From Negaprion brevirostris (Eukaryota), in assembly GCA_030324005.1 (NCBI GenBank), contig JARDVH010000121.1, positions 10,633,553 to 10,684,533 of the forward strand: a stretch of DNA of 50,981 nucleotides, read 5' to 3'. The position numbers and the translations under genes were made by a program. Positions 1 through 12,900 of the stretch are shown piece by piece. Below the pieces are notes generated by a model. The model had not been told where the DNA came from and made no database searches. It saw only the letters and a program-made list of their open reading frames with translations. Position 1 is the first letter of the stretch. Each line of letters begins with the position of its first letter.

Positions 1-29
1 CGGCAACAAACCAAAGATGACAACATTTT

Positions 30-168
30 TTTTTTACCCTGGCTCTCAGCTTCCATGGTAGCTCCCTAAATTCCTGTTTTATACCCCATCCTTTCTTCTA
101 CCTACGTCGTTGGTACTGATGTGCACCACGACCTGCAACTGATTCCCCCTCTCCCTTATGGATCTTAA
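30..168 (-). mobile_element. CR1 LINE ORF1 (SGNH esterase-like) fragment
   Basis: Minus strand reads QVVVHISTNDVGRRKDGV, matching the CR1 ORF1 motif VVVHIGTNDIGRK. Confidence 0.65.
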
Positions 169-3100
169 ATTACGTCCCTTTTTATAGTACTTATGACATA
201 TTACAATTCCTGAAATTGGATTGGCTTGAAATTGGCAAAAATGGTAAATACAAAGTTGATTGGTCTTAATAGCTGGGTGTTTTATTTAACCTCATAGGCT
301 GTGAGCCAAATGTCTTCTTTAAACTCAAAGGCTATCACAAACAGAAAAATTGACAACACTGGTTACCAAGGCAACCTTGCTGTTTTTGATCTTAAACAAA
401 TTTGCCATTTGTGTATTCTGTATCTGCATTTTAAACATTTCAGCATAGAACACAAAACTTTTTTTTGAAGGGACCCTGGACTTTTTTCTTCCCTCTAATA
501 TTTCCTCATCCAAGACATTGCCTTTGTATGCCAGCAGTATCTGTACTCTGGGTTACCAATGCCCATTTGCCGGCCTTTATTACATGCAAGGAATGCATCG
601 ATCATGCACGTGTACAGTCACAGACATGCGGATAATCAAGCCAGTTTTAAATAATTATCTGATGTTTTGACATGAACTAACGTTGGCAATCTCATTCGTT
701 TCAATTGCCATACCTTATTTTTGCCATGTGTAAAGCACCTCTTCTGAAGCCTGAGCCGACTTTGGTCGTTTTTTTGACTGAAACTTACTTGCCAATACCC
801 ACGAAGTAAGTTCATCTTTGTGATGGAAGTATCACGTTCTCCTTTTCCCCCCACAATTTTCCAAGTTTGAATTTGGATATGAGTCGGCTTCAATTATTGT
901 GTTGACCTTCTAATAATCTTCGAACAACCGCAGAGGTTGGGAACCAGGACGATCAACGAACACTATTCACCTTGTTTGGGTTCTCTAATATTGCATTGTT
1001 TCATCGCATTCTCTTGCTTTTGAACCTGCACTGCAATGAGCGGATTGAGTCGATATGGCTGTTGTTTTGTCGGAACAACATGCACTATGTCAACCTCGTG
1101 TGTTAGGTCATCAGTCCCACGGAATCTGCTTTTACGTAGGTCCTCACAGCACTATAACACGTTTTTCACCTCAGTGTTCTGATCCTGGGACAGATAATTC
1201 ACTATCCGACTCCAGTTTTTAAGGACTTCTTTGTTAATTAATTTGCTTTTAGGTACATCAAGACCCGTAACATCGGGATTGGATTACTCACATTGAGTGG
1301 ATTTATTATATAAATGCGTTATTGTATCTTCTGTCCGTTGAAACTCTCTTAATTTTCCAGAACTAAACACCTCTACCTGCTTAAGTTATTCCCTTGCCAT
1401 CTCATCAAGTAGAGTGTCAGTTAAATGGAACTCAAATTCTTCGTCTTTCTCCAATGTTCTCCCTTCCTATTTTAAATTATAGCTGTGGGGTGTTGTCACA
1501 ACACAGCCGGGAATGATTCCAAAGTAACATTTTTTTAACTGTTCAGTCTCCTGGTTCTCTTGTGACGTTTTCCTTACCATGGGCATCACTCCCACTTACA
1601 GTTCAGCTTTATCATTTGCAGCATTAAAACAGACCCTGGAATCGCTAGGTTTTCAATCACTCCCGCTATAATGTCTCCAGACTGGATTTGACTCTCTATC
1701 CTTATTATACACTTCAATACAGTACTCCTTTCCTTATGTTCTTCATGCGTCATTCTTGTCTCTGTCAGTATTTCAGAACGAGTGCAGAAATCCTCAATTT
1801 TTACTATAATAGGTATACTAACTTCCATATGTCTCATTTGTTTCACTTTACCTACTCTCCATGTTCTACCTGTCTAAACCTTACCCACGCAGTTGAGGTC
1901 CATGAAAGGGTAGGGGTCTAATTCATCCTCCAGAGTATGACTTGACTGTGCATTCTCCTTCAGCTCCTCAACTTCTTTTGGGATTTATTTATCTTTCTTA
2001 ACTAAACCCATTGATTGAGTCTCTTCTATCGTTTCCTTTTTTCCCAGTGCCTTTCTTAAAACAGCAGAATAGTGAATTTATGACTTCACCTTATCACAAT
2101 GAAAACACCTGAAGACTTTTACCTCTTTCCTACCCTCTTGGATGTGGTTTTTCATCGGGGAAAAACAGTTCCTGGTGTGATTTACATTTGGTTTTTCGCT
2201 GAAGGATTTCCTTGTTACCCAATTCCTATCAATGACGGACTGAAATGGCTGTCGGAAACCAACGTTAAATTAATGCACTAATGTGTGTTCGTCCGGATCT
2301 CTGCAACTTTTCACGCCTTCTTAATTTTCTCTTCCTCAACATGAAATCTTGTTACTTATGAAAGTGAGTTGTTTTTTTATTCCTCCTGAAAAAGAATATC
2401 TCTCAGGGCTATATATATATTCAATTTTTATCATTTCACGTATTTATCGAAGCATTCTGCTTAATTATTGCAAACTTGTTAAATGTCTGGGCTGATTCCA
2501 TCCTCACATTTATGAACCATTTTCTGGGTGCTTTTTGTACCAATCCGTAAGCACTCAAAGCAGCCTTCATTACATCTTTATACTTCCCTGTCACCTCCTC
2601 TGGTAGTCCTGCAAACACCGCAGTAGCCTTGCCTACCAAGTTGATCTGAATTAACATTATCCACGCATCGTCTGGTCATTTGATCTGGATAACCAATTTC
2701 TCAAAGGATACGAAAAAAGTTCCTAGTCTCTTTTGTTTTTTTTTAATGTTTGCTCATTCTTGAATATATCCTTACGAGGCAGTTAACAGTTTTATCCTCA
2801 TCATTTTTATCTGGCACTTTCTCCTGCCATTTGTCATTTTTTTTTCGTCCATTTAAAACATTTTCTTTCCTAATTAAACACCCTTTCTGTTTTCCTATTG
2901 TTCTGCTAGTGTGCTCCTCTTTCTTTCTCTTTCACTTTATTCTCCCATTTTTTTTCCGTTTCCTTTGTTAGCGCTTTCTCTTTTTCCAGTTATCTTTCTC
3001 TCTAGTGCCTTTTCTTCTGCGAGGACCTTCCTCTCTCTTTCCGTTTCTTCTCTCTCTAACTCCACCCTTTCACTGTCGTTTTTAACTCTATTTTTAGTTG

Positions 3101-3379
3101 CAATCTGTTTGGTGCTAACTCCACTACACTTGACTGTTTCTCTGCTAACCTCAGCTTTCTTGTCCTCCTTGGTTCAACTCAATTTTAGCTTGTTTTCTAA
3201 TTTTAGAAGTGTCGCCTTTTTCTCTTTCTCTAAAGATTCTTGGCAAATCTGGGACTCATCGTCGACCCCCATAAATAATTTAGCACGTTTAAGATTGATT
3301 TTGTCCTTTTTTTGCATAAGAATGTTCATATCCCATTTAGCGTTGTTTAAATCTGTTAAAACCGTTCAAATACCGTTCA

Positions 3380-3395
3380 GATCCTGGACGAGCCC
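3380..3395 (-). promoter_or_regulatory. Primer binding site, tRNA-Pro type
   Basis: Minus strand gggctcgtccaggatc directly after the LTR end; cf. tRNA-Pro PBS TGGGGGCTCGTCCGGGAT. Confidence 0.7.
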
Positions 3396-4337
3396 TGTTA
3401 TTTCACGACACCGAGGCCAATCCCCTTTAGCTCCCGTCGTTGTCTGCTTAATTATTCTGGAAGGTGTTATCTGTTTGTAGTTAACATTTCAAGATTCGTT
3501 GAAATAAGGGCATGATACTTTTTTCTAAGTGAAGAATTAGCAAGAGATTTAATGCAAATATTCATGAATTTAATCTAAACAAGTAGCACATTAACTCAAA
3601 TACGGATAGACTAAATGCTGGGCGGATAACACAAGGAAAATCGATTACTGAAAGTAGAAATACAAGGATTACTAGAACTCTCAAGGAAATGATACAAAGA
3701 AGACTTGATGGAATTAATCATTTTCTAGAGTTCTTCTGTGTTTGTCTGTTGTCTGTACACGCTGAAGGAACCTTGACCTTTCACTGGTTGGAGGACGAAT
3801 TATTTTAAGACATATCTGGAACTGGCAGTTAGGAATTAACTGCTGCACAAAATCTAGCAGCTCTTAACTGCCTTTACCTGCCTCAGGTGACCTGGCCCTG
3901 CTTTTCGTTGAACGTGGGTCTCAACTCTCATGGAATTTCAGGTTCAACTCCCCTCAAGGAGTTGCGTTCATTTTTTATAGTCCTTGTGACCTATTAAAAT
4001 TCTTGTTGGCTTGAGATTGGCAACAACGTTAAATTCTGCTGGCTCTTAATAGTTAAGTGTTTTCTTTAAATTCATAAGCTAAGAACTGAGTGTTTTCTTT
4101 AAATGCAAAGCCTAATGCAAATACAAAAAACTGCAGAGCTCGTTAGCAAGGGAACCCTGATGCGTTTGGTCTGAAACAAATGTTGCCTTTTGTGTACACC
4201 GTATATCTGCAATTTAAGCATTTCAGCATCAAACGCAAAACAACAGTGCTTTTTTAGCCAACTCTAACAGATTTTGCATTCATTTTACATCTTTATAAAC
4301 ATTTTTATCACATTTTTAGAAACTCAGTTTCACAACA
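3396..4337 (-). repeat. 5' LTR of the Gmr1-like element
   Basis: TGTT...AACA termini, adjacent PBS, homology to ~175-460. Confidence 0.7.
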
Positions 4338-5399
4338 AGTCTCATGGGGCCACATAACGGCCACTCATTATCCTTCCTCCCTCCCTTAACTTTGAGAACT
4401 AATTGTGTTTTCAAAAAATAGTATCGACAGTTTCGTGCTCACCATTACTCAACACTATCCAAGGTTACGGGGGAAAAGGAACAGAATGCCAGAAATATTT
4501 CATGTTCGCTTGAATAGCTGATGTAACGATAAAGTAGTCACCTCCCGTATCGTTACAATTCTGTGATTACTGACAGTAATTTTCACTTTCAAATGTAATT
4601 AGCTGAATTGAAGTTGCAGTAGCTGTTTTCATGGGATGCCAAATCGATGGACTTTCTCTTTGGGGTTTATTTTCTTCATCATTAATCCAGCAATATAGCC
4701 ACTGAAACACCACCACTCTACTGTCCAAGGTTTCTGACAAAACACTTCATCATATTCATTCAATATCTCTGAATATTTCTAGCTGACAGTCATCCAGCTC
4801 TCAACACTTTCAATTCCGCGAGTTTCCAGGTGCAAAGGAAGTACAACGATCTCTCAGGAACACAAAAAAAGTTTAATAATTTTACCCATAAAGGTACTTG
4901 AACTATTTGTTTCACTGATGGTTCTTACAAATTCCAGTTGAAGACGCCAGTCTCTTTGCCTATGCCATCTTGCAAACATCGGCCATATTTCAGTGTGTAT
5001 CTCTTCAACTTACAGGAAAATTAGTAGATTGTCTCGTTGATGCATGCATTGTGCGTCAATTTCTGTTATTCTATCTCTTTGCTGCTGCTGTTTGTTCCGT
5101 TCTTTCGCTGGGCAACAAAAGTATTGAGAATATCATTGTAATTGTCGCTAATAAAAGGAAGACTTTTAACCACTTTGCAGTTGTGAGCTTTTTTTTGCAA
5201 TACAGGAAGTATTTAATTATTACGAAACTTAGTGAATAATAAGTAGCAACTAGTTCTAAATTTTGTGCATAAAATGATTCCCAGAAAGAGGGAATAGTGT
5301 CTAAGAAGGCACACGAAGTTTGAATGCTACACGAAAAATAAATTGATAAAGAGGAATTAGTTGCTGAATAACTGGGGAAAGGTGACACCTCCAATGGTA

Positions 5400-6250
5400 A
5401 CGGCAAGATTGGAAAGTATAGATGGATAAGCCATAAACTTTGCAACCTCATTAGAAACAAGGGGACTAAAGAGAACTGGACAACTGCATATGTTACACCC
5501 TCGACCCAAAACGGAGCAAGCATAACGTCAGCCAATGCAGCCGTACCTATTTAATTTTTGTGGTCGGTTTGTTCCTTTTGCAATGATAATAAGGCATCAA
5601 TTGGCATTTCCTTCAACAAAAGGGAAACTTGAAGAAACTCCGCACCGCCTTAGAGGATAAAGTGTGCCCTACTGAATTAGTTGACTATTGTCATGAATCA
5701 GCAGGGATTGATTATGTCAATGCATTTCTGTTCTCATCATGAACCTGAGAAATAAAATTTGACATAATGCCAGGTAACAGATTTATTTAGCACCATATAG
5801 TACATTGAATGATGGAAAATATAACAGGGTAAACGTAATAAAATGTATTGACAAAAATCAGATAATTGATGAAGAGTTATGTTGGTTCTCTATCAGGATG
5901 AAGGGGTATACACAACATCTAAGACGTTGGAATATGATTGGAGCTTTTCCTCCAATATTTAGAAGTGAATGATCTGTTCTTGGGCGTGGCACCAGTTAAT
6001 ATTTTAAACTGTGTAGGGGTGGTGGGTGTGGTATTAATGGTAGCTTCCAGAGGACATGGGTGGATTACTTGTCAACAAGGCCGAATAGATTAACGTTTTC
6101 AGAAAAAGAGAAGAGTTCTATGTAAAACAAAGGGTGCATTTATAAGGAGCAGAGGGAGTTCGTGCTGAGCTTAGATAACTGAATGGGGGAGGAGATCCTC
6201 GCATTCTCATAAAGAATGCAATAAAATATTCGTGATGAAGGGCAAACATT
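5400..6250 (+). mobile_element. Highly decayed CR1-like LINE RT remnant
   Basis: ENWTTAYVTP (cf. DWRTANVTP), NQQG (cf. QHGF) and NDLFLGV (cf. INDLDLGV) occur in the expected order. Confidence 0.45.
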
Positions 6251-6384
6251 TCACAAAACGTTATTTTTGGCCTCAGTGAGAAAACAGTCTCTAGTAACAG
6301 GATGGCGTTGCCTTAGGAAGGATAAAAAGACATTGTGTAGGGTGACGAAAAAAAAACATCAGATCAGTTTCAGGGAGGAAACTT

Positions 6385-6680
6385 ATTTATTAATGTCACA
6401 GCTAGGTTCACATTAACAATGCAAGGACGTTATTGTGAAAATCCCCTCTGCACCACATTGGTGCCTGTTCGTGAACACTGAGGGAGAATTTACCAAGTCC
6501 AATGCACTTAAGCACAACATCTTCTAAACTGTGCAATGAAACCATAGCAACTGAAGGAAAACGGTGCAGGTACGGAGAGAATGTGCAGAATTGGCATAGA
6601 CAGTGACCCAAGCTGGGAATCGAACCCGGGTATCTGGCGCTGTGAGGGAACAGTGTTATTCATTATGCCACAGCATTGCT
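6385..6680 (-). mobile_element. HE1-type tRNA-derived SINE
   Basis: gggaatcgaacccgggt (reverse B box) and cagtgacccaag; body resembles the elasmobranch HE1 SINE. Confidence 0.8.
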
Positions 6681-6890
6681 GTTAGTCGCAACTTCCTCCA
6701 TGCTACTTGGTTCTATGCTTCCATATTTGCAACCTTGGCTGAAATTTAAATATAATCAAGTGGCCAGTGCGAGTGTTGTTTTGCCCTGAGTTCGTGAAAT
6801 GAATGTGGCAAATTTATCCTCTAATTTTCATAATTACATGTTGCTAAAACATTCCTTTAATGCAATCATTGGCTTTCTCCCTGGTTTTAG

Positions 6891-6926
6891 AACTGGACCA
6901 AATGAAAGAAGCTCTGAAACGTGCAG
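6891..6926 (+). CDS. Micro-exon class B (36 nt): xLDQMKEALKRA
   Basis: Acceptor ctttctccctggttttag|AA, donor CAG|gtgcgt; paralogous to 18820, 21393, 36830. Confidence 0.85.
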
Positions 6927-9900
6927 GTGCGTCTCAAAACAAAAGCCATTTTTTTGCTTCCAAGTTGATGTCTATCCTTCCTTTATGCCTATTGTATTTA
7001 CATGAAATGCAGTTTTCAATTCATTAACTCCATTAGGCATTGTTATCGTGTTTTAACTTATTGCCCACCTCAATGTAATCTCAATATTATGTAAATTGAT
7101 GAATACCAAGTAAGAAGTGAAGCTGTCGGAAGGACAAAATTAAACACTTTGTTCACACTCCTCTAACCCTACCATTAGTTTGGAGTGATTAATTTTAAAT
7201 TTATTTGTACACCACTGAGAAACACATTGGTCCTCCTCATGTGGCCACGGTGCCACATTTTTACCAACTCACAGCGCCAGGCGTGTGATTTCAATTCAGG
7301 CCTTCTGTGGCTGTCTGCATGCAGTTTGTATGTTCTCCCGCTGGCTCTGTGGGTTTGCGTGGAGTGCTGCGGTTTCTATCCACAATCCAAACATGTGCAT
7401 GTTAGATGAACTGGCCATCGTAAATTATTTCATATTTTCCAAAGGTGTATAGGTTAGGTAGATTAGTCATGACACATCTGGAATTATTGGGACAGATTTA
7501 TGAGGGCGAGAGAGGTGCGTAAGGGAGTGCTGGAAGGGAAGAGGGTGTGAGTTAAGTGGGCTTGGATAGGATGCTGTGTCGGAGAGTCGGCACAAACACG
7601 ATGGGCCGAATGACATAGTTCCGCACTGTAGGGATTAGGAGGTCCTACTGTATCTGGCAAGTGCAAAATTTCCTGCTAGTCTGACTCCCTTGAATTTGTC
7701 GTAATATACCTGATTTCTTTTCCACTATTGGATACTTTGCAACAACTAATCAGCTCTAAAATCATTTACACAACACTGCTAAAATGCATTGAGTTTTGCA
7801 TCGGATATTTCACAAGTCGATACCGGGCCGGAAAAAGGACAGAGTTAATCAATGTAACACCTGATAATGCGATTCAGTGGCTTTCCTACAGTGCAGATCA
7901 TGCTCAGTGCAGTGGACGTCAGTGGAAGTGAATCACGGACGACCTTTCTTTCAGGCTGCGATGCTGCAGGTTTTGTAGTCCTATGCGAGGTTGATTAGAA
8001 CCTTATAAACGTATAGGCATTGATAATTTCCAGGTCCTCAAAGTTGACTCTCCCCCTCCAAACTACTCGTCTGACCTTATCATCGTAGCTCAAAGACTGG
8101 ATTACAAGGAAAAAGGTAAGAAATGCATCAGCCGTTATTCTCCATGATATTAGGTGTGGTTGAATTGATCTCGATACCAGGGCTGCATGGGTGGCAAAGG
8201 GAAACCATCAAATCGTGATACTGACTGAGACAATTTGTAGCCAAAGAACAAAATAGATCAATATTTTCGAATGATTGAAGTCAAGCTCCACAGCATCTTA
8301 TGCATCCGATATATTTTGAATCAAAAATACAGTAATTCCAGCTTTATAAAATTTCGCTCGATCGTGTCTCTCTGTACGTGCGGAGGGAACTATGCTAAGG
8401 GAGAGAAATTCCCGAAGTGGAATGAATATTTTTCGATGGCAATGAAAATAGTGGGATGACATTGTTTAGTCCAACATCTATGTCAAATCCTTACAGGCGA
8501 AGCAATGGCTAGATTTCAACGCTCGTTCTGTGCCAAGCAGGCGAATAATGCGTACATTGTACCACATGCCCATAGCAGTCTGGCACAGGTTAAGGCTTTA
8601 GATCAATGATAGGATTCACACCGATCGACACAAACCTTGAGAGAAAACAAATCACACACATTTTCACTCAGGATTTTATATTGTTTTGAATTACGATTAA
8701 AACTTCGTACTCATAGTAAGGTAGACGCCATTTTCCTCGTGATCGCAGGGAGATGGCAAGGAGGCTGAGTCATTAAGCGCATCGAACATGCTGTTCCATT
8801 TTATTTGATCATGAGTGATTGGTGGCTTTAATCCATACAGAGGTCCGTAAAAAATCTTAAAAATGACTAATAACATGGCTATGAATTTCAGTTTTAAATT
8901 TAACAGATCATGTATTGTCTTTTGCATTTGATGAATATAGTTTTAAAAACCAGTTGTCCCGTTCGTTAGGAATTGTTTCATCCTTCGATGAAAATCGTAA
9001 AACGTCGAGAAAGCTGTGCTCGCCGCCATCAGTTCTGGAATATGCATCATCATATGGTTTCTGCCCTATTTAAAATTCGAGCAGTCTTTTGTACAGGTGG
9101 AAAAAAAAGGTCTATTCCCATTGTATTTTCATCCTCGGCATATGAAAGCCAGTCTTCTCAACGCCGTTTTGAAAATTTTCTGCAGGATTTAATTGGCAAC
9201 GTACATCTATAGTCAGAATAGCCTGTTTTGAATTTGCAACCAGCTCACGATTTTGCAGGGCATTGATAATGGCAGTGGCAATCATTATATGAGACGCAAT
9301 CTTTCATTCCCCATCACTTTAGAATTCTACGTCTATTCATGAGCCCCATATATGCATACCGATAACCGCATTTTTTTAGCTTTGGGAATGGAGGCGTCCA
9401 AGAAGACTGAACAAAATGCACGTTTTCTTTTCCTCATTGCCCCCGCCCACCTATTCTAATAATCACTTGACTGCTAAGAGCGTTTGTCTGCTGTAAAATC
9501 CGTGGACTAGGGCAGTTTGCTCTACCTTCAAGAAACGTTTAACGTGTGTTTTAATATGCTTTAGAATTGGATGATCTTCGGCAGAAGTGCAGTAAGTAGC
9601 AAATGATTTACCCTATCACTCTCGGCATGAAATCATTAAGTATTAGCTCAACATCAATTGTCATGTTTATCGTCGAGGTACCTTTCAGGCTATTTGAATA
9701 TACAAATGAAAGAGGACGTGATTATCACTTCAGTCGTTTGCTTTTTTAACGTGGTCTTTGTTGAATTTATGAGAAAACATAGACCCTGATGTCCCATATT
9801 GCGCTGGCACACCCGTAAGAGAAGCCAGATAGAACTTACAATACATAGCATCTTCATCCCCTTTACACGAAATGTTCGTTTAACAGAATACTCTTTCTAT

Positions 9901-12900
9901 GGGCAAAACATGACAGATTTCTTCAAAAATAAAAATGTTCCTTCATCTTCAATGTAATGGGGACTCCCAGGAGGCTTTCTCGACTTCGATGAGTTATGGC
10001 CAACTTCTGGGGCTTTCACTACACAATATTCATAAGGTCATGATGTCTATTTAGGACTTGCAATTTAATTTGTATTTATTTTTAAACGTGACCGTGAACC
10101 AACTTCAATTTCAACTTAACTGGTCTAAAGATGGCATGTTTGGTTCGCCAGTAGAAATTTGCCGAGCTGCTGCTGCATATGCACGTATCCTTACAAAGTC
10201 ATTAAAGGGTTTTCATGGTTTGAAGAATTCCCTCTGCTAAACCATTGCTGGATGGATTGCAGGATTCACAACTGGTGTGCTGAAATTAATTGCATTCCAA
10301 AAATTTCCAAAACTCTTGCGAGAATAGTTATTGGCCCTTGTCTGGTTAACTGCAATGCCAAATCGTTTTTATAACCTTTTAATTGCACTTTCAGCTGTTA
10401 TAGAGGACATAAGTAAGCTGCTGCCTACTTCGCATGAGCATCCAGAAGCACCATGAAAATTGTTACTTCAAATTGACCGAAAAATACGACGTGGATGCGC
10501 TGCCAAAGGTTTTCTCGTCAATCCCTTGAGTGAAGAAGCGACAGTTAAGGCATGCTCTCACATAAAAAGGACCGCCCATTGTCACGGATTTCATAATTTC
10601 GTCGACGCCAATCCTCTCAACGAAGCTGCTGGTGATCTCTTTCATGTGAACTGTTCCATGACATACTGAATGCGATGGGTGCAACAGTGGTTTCCTCAAT
10701 GTTGACGCAATAATAACTCACACAACTGAAAACAAACATCGTCGAGTCACAAGCAACTTCATCCTCCACGTCACGTAAAGATGAATGTCAGCTGAGACAT
10801 GAAATTGTGGGCAAGAGATATCAAGCCTGACAAATTCCATAGCTTTGGTCAATGTTGGCTCCACCCAAGTGACCTTCTTGACATGGCACGAAAACTTGGG
10901 TGTGTTATCCACTTGTGAAAAATTGAGGGTGTGTCACTAAATAGTGTATCTTTGAGTATGCTTTTTGCTTGCAGCAAAAAAAGTGATACCTGTGGCTGCA
11001 CCGAATATTGATTCGAGTGGTCAATCGTGAGTCAGGATCGTGATGTTCCAGCCAACCTAATACTGCTAAAATGTGTGGATACGAACATGATGAACATTCC
11101 CTCGTGTTCTTTTTCAGCATTTGGATCGATGACTTTTTTTTAAAGTTCAAAACGCGAACTCTATGCGTCTCTCCACGTCAGTGGGCATTACGTGTGAAAC
11201 AGTGGCCCCAATTCCGTTAAATAAAGCATCGCATGCAATAGTAAAGAAAAAGAACGGTCAAACTGTGTCACTGCCTCGTAATTCTTCTGTGCTGCTTTAG
11301 ACTCTTGAAAATATCATCACAATATTCTGCGTATTTCCAGACGTCCTTCAGGAGCACATGGACGGGTTCGCTGTCGTAGGAGAGTTGGCTGTTTTTTGAC
11401 ATGATGAAGCAGACGTTATAGCCCTGACTTGGAATGTGATTTGTGATGTCCAGCAGCATTAATGACGCACCATAATTGTTCAAAAGAGAGCTGCAAAAAC
11501 TCACATTCGACATTGTAAATCCACGCACGGTACATCTCTTGCATTTTCAAGGTAACACACTAGTTATTCAGGTGATCGTCTTCAGTATTACCAGTGTGTC
11601 ATCAAGCTGGCCCTGAACACCAAGCAAGCGACTAGGGATCTCGTAACGGGCCTTTGAAGAAAGGGTTGCAGCTGACATTAGTGCACAACGCAAGGAAAAA
11701 TATCAGTACTGCCCTGTGTGCTTTGTTATACTAGCATGTTCTTATGAGTTCTCATGAACATGCATTTTTAAACAGGCCTGGCAAAGCTCTATTCTGCAAA
11801 GCTCCTGTCCATCCCAGACCATAAAACCAATCCATAACTCCAGAAAGTGGATATTGTTCCTGATATTGGAAAGAGTTGAGAGGATAACAATGAAATCCCC
11901 ACAGATGCGGATGGAGTATCGCTGCTTGCGTACTGGAACGATGGCTGCGACCCATGAACTACGGGAGACATATCCAAAGATCAAGCATTCCAGCTTAGCT
12001 TCAAAGTTTGGTCGAATTGTATATGGCATAGATCTGGAGTTCAGAAATTGTGAATGACAGTTAGATTTGATATTCAGGAATGCAGTCATTTCCATTATGC
12101 TTCCAAAATAGCCCTTGAACACAACCACATTTTTATAACAACCGTCAGACCAGGTTTCTCAGCTACAATTATATATATTGCGTCGCAGTTTGACCGGATA
12201 TTGTCAATACACGACGGTCCTACAAATGTTGTCCGGTTGCCTTTCACACAATCACAGGTAATTTAGCAGCCTGTCCATTTTTTTCAAATTATTTCTTACG
12301 TATCACATCTACAGGTTTCCATGCTTTCAGATCTACTTTTGAGGGAGCCAGGAGAAGATAATTAAAATTTCCTTTATACGCTGCATTTGGGACCAGAGAG
12401 GCTGCTGCACCTGCTTGTAGTTCTCATCGGTTTGCGATATAGGATGGAGTTGCAAAGCAGCCCTGTCAACTCACTGCCACTGTCAGTATGTGGCTGGGTG
12501 GATGCCTGGGCGCGGGGCGGAGGGAGTTTGCGAGGGGGGGGGGGGTGGCGCAGGTAAAATTAGGGTTCTNNNNNNNNNNTAATATATATCTTCTTACAAC
12601 AGTGACGTGAGTCAAGGCATCTTGTCAGCCTTTTAGTATTTCCAACTTCTCCAGTGCTTGCCATCTTGTGCGCATGCTCAACTGTCATGTTTGTGAATCC
12701 ACTTGACTGCAATCTCCAATTGTCTGCAGAATGAAGTTACTATCGGTCACTTGTGTATCCAGTAGGGAAGTCCGAGATCAACTATCACGGAGTATATCGG
12801 TTAATACTTGATTGCATTCACAATGTTCAGTGAGCTTCTTGCCTATTGAAACAGTGCATAGAATACTTTCTCTATTTTCTGGATTTGTTTTATGCCTCCG

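Larger units (their letters stand above)
175..4337 (-). mobile_element. Decayed Gypsy LTR retrotransposon, SCAN-gag/Gmr1-like, internally deleted
   Basis: Gag-like LVGKATAVFAGLPEEVTGKYKDVMKAALSAYGLV (2436-2657); protease-like region ~1600-1790; RT N-terminus with QQPYRLNP and ITKMNLLRGYWQV (~700-1250); LTR-like direct repeat ~175-460 vs ~3970-4250. Confidence 0.85.

Noticed and set aside
2911-3480. 189-aa hydrophobic plus-strand ORF
   Set aside because: Antisense shadow of the E/K/R-rich gag N-terminus of the LTR element
4858-4893. 36-nt phase-1 open segment (xTQKKFNNFTHK) with AG/GT ends
   Set aside because: Weak splice sites, no paralog among the other units, no heptad pattern
5071-5535. 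154-aa minus-strand ORF with TM-like stretches
   Set aside because: Overlaps the antisense strand of a decayed CR1-like remnant; no recognisable domain
8700-11200. Possible endogenous RNA-virus L/N gene (minus-strand peptides LASLTGVP..GSMFSHKF and RKSFGNFWNA)
   Set aside because: Other frames of ~10000-11200 give clear Gypsy RNase H and integrase motifs contiguous with the RT. The remaining resemblance is short, and no polymerase motif is present.
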